Origin: a virus
IMG/VR virus record: IMGVR_UViG_3300006155_000030
DNA length: 43,889 bases
Strand: one strand, 5' to 3'
Shown here piece after piece: positions 39,843 to 43,889 of this stretch; positions within the stretch are counted from its first letter, which is position 1, and every line of letters starts with the position of its first letter. Both the position numbers and the translations under genes were made by a program. The notes below the pieces were generated by a model. That model ran no database searches. It worked only from the letters and a program-made list of their open reading frames with translations, and was not told the origin of the DNA.

Positions 39843-39876
39843 ATTTTAGCATGGTTTTTGAGTGGATTTGTACCAA
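39843..39876 (-). promoter_or_regulatory. phage late-type promoter (TGGTACAA box + -10) for the tape-measure operon
   Basis: Minus strand TTGGTACAAATCCACTCAAAAACCATGCTAAAAT. It lies immediately after the moron terminator at 39879-39901. Confidence 0.6.
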
Positions 39877-39878
39877 AT

Positions 39879-39901
39879 TAAAAGAGCAGTATTTCTACTG
39901 C
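39879..39901 (-). terminator. Rho-independent terminator closing the moron
   Basis: Minus strand GCAGTA-GAAA-TACTGC followed by TCTTTTAATTT. The hairpin includes the stop codon of 39895..40077. Confidence 0.6.
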
Positions 39902-40077
39902 CCTTTATCCATAATTTTATATTTTAAGTCTATCCCTTGTCGGATAAGTTCTGATTTTGAGATTCCTTCTTTTTCACATATAGCCTTTACCTTTTTTTCT
40001 GTTTCCTCGTCTACTCGTATTTGATAGAGTATATCTTTGGGTGTATCGGTTAGTTTAGTACCTTTTTTTATTCCCAT
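39895..40077 (-). CDS. ribbon-helix-helix (CopG/MetJ-type) DNA-binding protein
   Basis: 60 aa. ILYQIRVDEETEKKVKAICEKEGISKSELIRQGI follows the beta-alpha-alpha RHH pattern. Confidence 0.6.
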   Translation of the reverse strand: MGIKKGTKLTDTPKDILYQIRVDEETEKKVKAICEKEGISKSELIRQGIDLKYKIMDKGQ

Positions 40078-40080
40078 ATT

Positions 40081-40323
40081 TTAGACCTCGTACCATTCGC
40101 CATAAAAACCAAAATCTCCAAACTGACAGGTCACAACATCATCTTTCTCGGGAGCAACGCCGTACCAAGGTAAATTCGCAATAACTTCTCCGTCCTCGCC
40201 CTCAATCCTAACAGACTGTTGCGTGTATGTAAGACCTTCTTCTGCAACTCTCATAGCATCTTCTAAAGTTCCCTCGATTTCCTCGTTTCCTGCTCCCGTT
40301 CCGTAATTTACATAATATTTCAT
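40081..40323 (-). CDS. strongly acidic small protein (80 aa)
   Basis: Start at ATG 40323 (MKYYVNYGTGAGNEEIEG...) after AAAGGTGG; the track ORF starts at an upstream GTG. By hand count there are 17 D/E and 4 K/R. Confidence 0.5.
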   Translation of the reverse strand: MKYYVNYGTGAGNEEIEGTLEDAMRVAEEGLTYTQQSVRIEGEDGEVIANLPWYGVAPEKDDVVTCQFGDFGFYGEWYEV

Positions 40324-40375
40324 ATTTTCCACCTTTAAGCCTTTTGGCTTTCCTCTCTGTTTTGTTTGTAATTAC

Positions 40376-40404
40376 ATTATAACAGAAAGTTTTTTCTTTG
40401 TCAA
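40376..40404 (-). promoter_or_regulatory. consensus sigma-70 promoter of the moron
   Basis: Minus strand TTGACA-AAGAAAAAACTTTCTGT(17)-TATAAT, with both hexamers perfect. Confidence 0.8.
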
Positions 40405-40419
40405 TACAAAGTTAAATTT

Positions 40420-40455
40420 TTAAAAAATAAAGGAACGATATTTCTACCGCTCCTT
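40420..40455 (-). terminator. Rho-independent terminator ahead of the moron
   Basis: Minus strand AAGGAGCG-GTAGAAATAT-CGTTCCTT (8-bp stem, one G-U pair) followed by TATTTTTT. It includes the stop of 40444..40581. Confidence 0.6.
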
Positions 40456-40581
40456 ATCTGACTTTACAATTTTAAGTTTTTCTTCCAAAATCACAATTCC
40501 GTCTTTATTCTTTTTGACTTTTGCAGTGTTGCCCTGCCCCGCAATCTCCCGGGCAGTCTTTCCAATCTCTTTATCCGTCAT
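40444..40581 (-). CDS. small hypothetical protein (45 aa)
   Basis: Hand-translated MTDKEIGKTAREIAGQGNTAKVKKNKDGIVILEEKLKIVKSDKER, with an ATGA overlap onto the stop of the Gp15-like gene. Confidence 0.35.
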   Translation of the reverse strand: MTDKEIGKTAREIAGQGNTAKVKKNKDGIVILEEKLKIVKSDKER

Positions 40582-41171
40582 CCTAACACCTCGTCCAACA
40601 ATGCTTTATATTCGTCCTCCTGTTCCTGTTCTTCTTTGGTCTTTGGCTTTTTCATCAGCACCAGTTCTTTGTTATGAGAGAGGAACTCTTTCTCATGCTT
40701 TTCCAGCTTCTTACCCTTATTCAGCTTATTTCTAATCCCTACAATAAAGGAGAATGTACCTTCTCCCACTTCGTTAAAATATCCAAGAAACGTCCACCAG
40801 TGCAGGTAATCCAGTTCTCTCGTTTCTCTCCCGGCAACCTTATTGACCGCAGAAAAAATCATTTGTTCGTCTTGCGTCCAGCTATATGTTGGCTGTTCAA
40901 GCACCTGTTTTTCCGGCTGCCCGGCAGAAATGAACCATGATATTTGTTTCATTGCTTCTTCCAAGTCAAAGCCATTCTGCCCCGCCTGCAGCACATCATC
41001 ATCACAGGAAAAATTATCAAACAGCAGATAGATTGCCACAATCCATTTTTCCTCTTGGGTCAGCTCTGGGTCTTGAAACGCTTCAAAGACTTGAAGGACA
41101 TTGCGGTAGTCGGTTCGGATAGGGTAATCCACGCCGCTAACCGTCAACACCTCCGGCAATGCGCCTATCAT
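40578..41171 (-). CDS. Gp15-family tail assembly protein
   Basis: 197 aa. VDYPIRTDYRNVLQVFEAFQDPELTQEEKWIVAIYLLF matches the phage Gp15 (A118-type) family as recalled. Located between the chaperone and the tape measure. Confidence 0.65.
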   Translation of the reverse strand: MIGALPEVLTVSGVDYPIRTDYRNVLQVFEAFQDPELTQEEKWIVAIYLLFDNFSCDDDVLQAGQNGFDLEEAMKQISWFISAGQPEKQVLEQPTYSWTQDEQMIFSAVNKVAGRETRELDYLHWWTFLGYFNEVGEGTFSFIVGIRNKLNKGKKLEKHEKEFLSHNKELVLMKKPKTKEEQEQEDEYKALLDEVLG

Positions 41172-41680
41172 TTTGCTCCTTTCCTTTTATGGTCCTGCGG
41201 CTGATACTTAGCCATGCGCTGCTTGCTTGCCAGTTTATTCAGCTTGACCTTGTGTTCAGACAACCTTTCAATGACCGGAATAAGAGAATCCCAGAAATCC
41301 ATAAAGCACTCTAAATCCGGCTGGAAGTTCGGAATCACCGCATACACATCACCAAAGAATTTCCGAGTTGTTCCCTCGCCGAAAACGTCGTCCATGATAG
41401 CAGTTGCCTTTTCAGAAAAATACTTTCGTTCCTCGATTTCCTTTTTATAGTCCATCTCGCCGGAATCAGACTCTTTCTTCTCCATTTCCTCTGCTAATGC
41501 AATCAATTCATCGCCAGCCGCCCGGAACCTGTCAAAGATAGAAATGTCATTGCCGGAAATCACGATAAAATCATCACCGCCGCCGACATAGACCTTTGTA
41601 AGCGTCACCCGGTTGTCAATCCTGATCTCTTCTGTTTTTGTATTTTCATTTTCAATTTTCATTTCTTCAATTTCTGTCAT
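41168..41680 (-). CDS. tail assembly chaperone, putative
   Basis: 170-aa acidic ORF directly after the major tail gene. Assigned by position. Coupled to the next gene by an ATGA overlap. Confidence 0.5.
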   Translation of the reverse strand: MTEIEEMKIENENTKTEEIRIDNRVTLTKVYVGGGDDFIVISGNDISIFDRFRAAGDELIALAEEMEKKESDSGEMDYKKEIEERKYFSEKATAIMDDVFGEGTTRKFFGDVYAVIPNFQPDLECFMDFWDSLIPVIERLSEHKVKLNKLASKQRMAKYQPQDHKRKGAK

Positions 41681-41733
41681 ATTATTGTCCTTTCAAAAAC
41701 GGGGCATATCCAAAACGAATACACCCCATTATT

Positions 41734-42321
41734 TTAACTAAGATTGCTCTTGCTGCTTGATTTGGTCTGCGCTGGTTCGCTTAATGCTGCCGGGGATGTT
41801 ACGCTCTCCGGTGTAAATGTTGGCACTTTGTTAGACACAGATACCGTTCCCTGTGTTCTTCCGCCGTCCTCCGAAATCGTGAATGGGATTGCGTACCCGG
41901 AAGTACCACCTCCATCACTATCAAATACAACCTTGACAGGAACGCTGAACCCTTTCCCCGTCAGCGTCTTTGTTGTGGAATCTTTAACCTCGTCTGTCAG
42001 GGTTGCGACAATCAGCGTGGCAGATGTGCGTTCATCATCAGTAGCAAGCGTGTCAACAATCGTCTGCAAGAAGGGATAAATCGCGTCCTCTCTCCTTGCT
42101 ATGTAACCGTCATTACTAAGCGTAGGCGTATAGCCATTGTTCACGAACGTGACTTCGCCCTGTACGTTTTTTACCTGCTCGCTGTCATTGTTTCCCTCAA
42201 TGCTCAAATCATCACTGTCTTTACCAAGGCATGTGTAACCTTCATTATCAAACGTCAGCCACATCGCCCGGCATCCCCTTAAAATCTTTCCCGTTTTCGG
42301 GGTTGCTGGTGTTTCAGGCAT
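41734..42321 (-). CDS. major tail protein
   Basis: 195-aa ORF preceding the chaperone/TMP genes. It is beta-rich and Thr/Ser-rich, and its size is typical of siphovirus tail tube proteins. Confidence 0.65.
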   Translation of the reverse strand: MPETPATPKTGKILRGCRAMWLTFDNEGYTCLGKDSDDLSIEGNNDSEQVKNVQGEVTFVNNGYTPTLSNDGYIARREDAIYPFLQTIVDTLATDDERTSATLIVATLTDEVKDSTTKTLTGKGFSVPVKVVFDSDGGGTSGYAIPFTISEDGGRTQGTVSVSNKVPTFTPESVTSPAALSEPAQTKSSSKSNLS

Positions 42322-42335
42322 AATATTTCTCCTTT

Positions 42336-42794
42336 CTACTCTACTTCATATTCCATCACCGCATCGGCGGCATAGACAGTGCTTTTATCCTGCCCTGTTT
42401 CATCCTTGTAAGGAATTGCCCCGGATGCCGTAATCTTCGTTATCGTCCTGCCGTTAGTCAGCAGGGGTAAATCTTTTGTGTTTTCAAGCCACCGCATGAC
42501 ACGCCCCACAAACGCCTGCGAATTGATACGCTGTGGCGAGGTCTGCGGAGAACTTTTGTAAGCCACACGGAAGTTGATTTCAGCGGTAAATCCGCCAAGC
42601 ACATTCCGACTTTTATATCTTCCGCCAAGCACGAATACCGCAAGTGAACTTTTGGTGTCCAGTTCGTCATATTGCGCTATTACGTTCGGATCTCCCTGCT
42701 CTTTTGGATACTGTTTTACCAGTTCCCACAAGGCTTTCTCGATTATGTCATATTCAGTTGCACTTAATGGTTCTATATTTGTTTGCTCATTCAT
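42336..42794 (-). CDS. head-tail joining / tail completion protein, putative
   Basis: 152-aa ORF immediately upstream of the major tail gene. It resembles the 'minor capsid'-type connector proteins of streptococcal phages (recalled). Confidence 0.45.
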   Translation of the reverse strand: MNEQTNIEPLSATEYDIIEKALWELVKQYPKEQGDPNVIAQYDELDTKSSLAVFVLGGRYKSRNVLGGFTAEINFRVAYKSSPQTSPQRINSQAFVGRVMRWLENTKDLPLLTNGRTITKITASGAIPYKDETGQDKSTVYAADAVMEYEVE

Positions 42795-42859
42795 GGAATT
42801 TCCCCGACCTTATCATATTCCGTTTTTGACAGGCGTTCTTTGATTTCTTCGGGCATAGG

Positions 42860-43036
42860 CTACTCTCCCTTGTGCGGATGTTCCAACTCATACAAGCGTC
42901 TATCCATATCCATAAGCTGTCCTTCAAAACGCCCAATACGTTCCATGAGAAAGCCGTTCATTTCTGCTTTCTGTCGCAGGTCAAAATATTCATCAACAGA
43001 TATTGTTACTGTTGGAACTTCTCTTTTTTCCTCCAT
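42860..43036 (-). CDS. small hypothetical protein (58 aa)
   Basis: Hand-translated MEEKREVPTVTISVDEYFDLRQKAEMNGFLMERIGRFEGQLMDMDRRLYELEHPHKGE with SD GGAGGAAGATAATG. Confidence 0.4.
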   Translation of the reverse strand: MEEKREVPTVTISVDEYFDLRQKAEMNGFLMERIGRFEGQLMDMDRRLYELEHPHKGE

Positions 43037-43080
43037 TATCTTCCTCCAATCTCAAACCTCGGTATCAGCGTATAAACGGC

Positions 43081-43242
43081 TTACTTCTTTATAATGATAG
43101 AAACAACGCTGTCCATATTGTAAATACCTACCCACTGCTCACCTTTGATAATAATGAAACACTTGCCGTCATACTTGTAATCTGTCCACTGTTCCTTTTT
43201 CCATTTTGCAATACAGCCGTTTTTGAAAACAATTTTAATCAT
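43081..43242 (-). CDS. small hypothetical protein (53 aa)
   Basis: Hand-translated MIKIVFKNGCIAKWKKEQWTDYKYDGKCFIIIKGEQWVGIYNMDSVVSIIIKK with SD GGAGGAAGATAATATG, nearly identical to the next gene's SD. Confidence 0.4.
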   Translation of the reverse strand: MIKIVFKNGCIAKWKKEQWTDYKYDGKCFIIIKGEQWVGIYNMDSVVSIIIKK

Positions 43243-43243
43243 A

Positions 43244-43717
43244 TTATCTTCCTCCTATTTCAAATCTTGGTATTAAGGTGTAAACATCCACCGTATCAAC
43301 GCTGAACGCATACCCGTACTTGGTTTTGATATACTCAAAAAAACCGCCGGGGTACTTGGTTTCGTCTTGGTCTATCAGTCCGGTAGGGACATCAATGTCC
43401 ACACCAAGTTCAGATTTTTTCACAATGACTAAGAAATTCTTTCCCTCTGTATCAAGTGTGAAACTTTCCAGCATTTCATCAGTCGTAAGGTCGTTCCACA
43501 CTTCCGGGGCTTTGTACGGTTTCGGCAGATTGCCATTGTTCGGGATTTTCACCACGCATACACTGGCGTTTTCCATGCCGCTTGTCTTTTGGTTTGCTCC
43601 CTGCGTCAGTTCAATCCGCACATTATCAAACCGTGTGCCGAAATATGTTTCTGTTTCCATCAGCCCATTTATGTAGCGGTTATAGACAACCACGCTGTCA
43701 ACATAGCCTATTCCCAT
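43244..43717 (-). CDS. head closure / head-tail joining protein, putative
   Basis: 157-aa ORF in the connector block between the capsid and tail genes. Assigned by position. Confidence 0.45.
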   Translation of the reverse strand: MGIGYVDSVVVYNRYINGLMETETYFGTRFDNVRIELTQGANQKTSGMENASVCVVKIPNNGNLPKPYKAPEVWNDLTTDEMLESFTLDTEGKNFLVIVKKSELGVDIDVPTGLIDQDETKYPGGFFEYIKTKYGYAFSVDTVDVYTLIPRFEIGGR

Positions 43718-43788
43718 AGCGTCACCTATCCCACTTTACAAGGAATGATTTCCCAGTCTTTATTTCATTAAGTGCGCTTTCATTGGTA

Positions 43789-43889
43789 TCAAGCCACTTC
43801 TGCTCCGATTTTCCACATTTGGAACACTGACAGATACACAGGCGCAACGGATAGCCCATTTCGTCCTGTTGGAGAGCGTTTGACCGTTC
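43789..43889 (-). CDS. C-terminal part of the junction-spanning small Cys-rich ORF (same gene as 1..122)
   Basis: Reads ..LRLCICQCSKCGKSEQEVA-TGA (stop 43789-43791). The upstream part lies in the terminal repeat and continues at 78-122 of the circular map. Confidence 0.35.
   Translation of the reverse strand, partial: TVKRSPTGRNGLSVAPVYLSVFQMWKIGAEVA
43814..43889. repeat. terminal direct repeat, right copy
   Basis: Matches 1-77 (see the left copy). The contig ends inside otherwise continuous sequence. Confidence 0.9.

Noticed and set aside
39895-40323. Toxin-antitoxin pair (RHH antitoxin + partner)
   Set aside because: The partner is strongly acidic and shows no toxin-like motifs. The RHH protein is second in the operon. 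The pair is better described as a moron with an autoregulator.
40578-41680. Programmed -1 frameshift (G/GT-type) between the two tail chaperone genes
   Set aside because: The genes are joined by a simple ATGA stop/start overlap, and I saw no slippery heptamer or extended overlapping frame at the junction. This was not searched exhaustively.
1-43889. Genome-wide stop-codon reassignment with suppressor tRNAs, as in some gut phages
   Set aside because: All large genes (1167, 874, 482, 442, 424 aa and others) are open in the standard code. No tRNA-like module presents CTA, TCA or TTA in a normal 7-nt anticodon loop. The single in-frame TGA case is reported separately as a local oddity.
1-43889. 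CRISPR array, diversity-generating retroelement, retron or transposon
   Set aside because: No repeat-spacer array, reverse-transcriptase ORF, transposase or terminal inverted repeats were seen. The only tandem repeats are the 21-bp iterons and short coding repeats.

Overview
The window is a complete ~43.8-kb temperate siphovirus-type phage genome assembled as a circle: the first ~77 nt recur at the right end. A short plus-strand lysogeny block at 26.1-29.2 kb holds a small ORF, a CI-like HTH+S24 repressor, a zinc-ribbon membrane protein and a tyrosine integrase. It is followed by an attP that carries the 3' end of a tRNA gene. Almost everything else is on the minus strand. In transcription order: Cro-like and early genes, recombination genes (annealing-type protein, Cas4-like exonuclease, RusA), and a replisome organiser with internal iterons. 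Next come Cys-rich putative regulators and a block of two radical-SAM enzymes, a ParB-N-domain protein and a GIY-YIG protein. The head module follows: TerS, PBSX-type TerL, portal, DNA methyltransferase, MuF-like minor head protein, ~8.7 kb of accessory DNA, scaffold and major capsid. The tail and lysis modules close the order: connectors, major tail, chaperones, an insulated moron, tape measure, Tal-like protein, tail fibre, XhlA, holin and GH25 endolysin. GGAGG-type RBSs, the GH25+PG_binding lysin, XhlA and the LexA-like CI suggest a Gram-positive, Clostridia-like host (inference only). Main findings: (1) the tail-fibre gene ends in a shufflon-like set of three alternative C-terminal cassettes, each bounded by the same 15-nt site, one inverted and one with an in-frame stop, and no invertase gene is nearby. 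(2) Ten copies of a fixed-geometry late promoter (WTGGTACAA, 19 nt, -10) occur, two of them inside structural ORFs. (3) A B12-type radical-SAM enzyme, a SPASM-type radical-SAM enzyme and a stand-alone ParB-N protein sit just upstream of the terminase, a candidate new DNA or protein modification module. (4) Two long non-coding stretches carry four tRNA-like modules with canonical acceptor, D and T arms but aberrant anticodon regions, plus a ~220-nt structured leader, and they bracket an HNH-containing gene islet. (5) A terminator-insulated moron with a perfect sigma-70 promoter sits inside the tail module. All calls come from hand reading; no database search or RNA-folding software was available.
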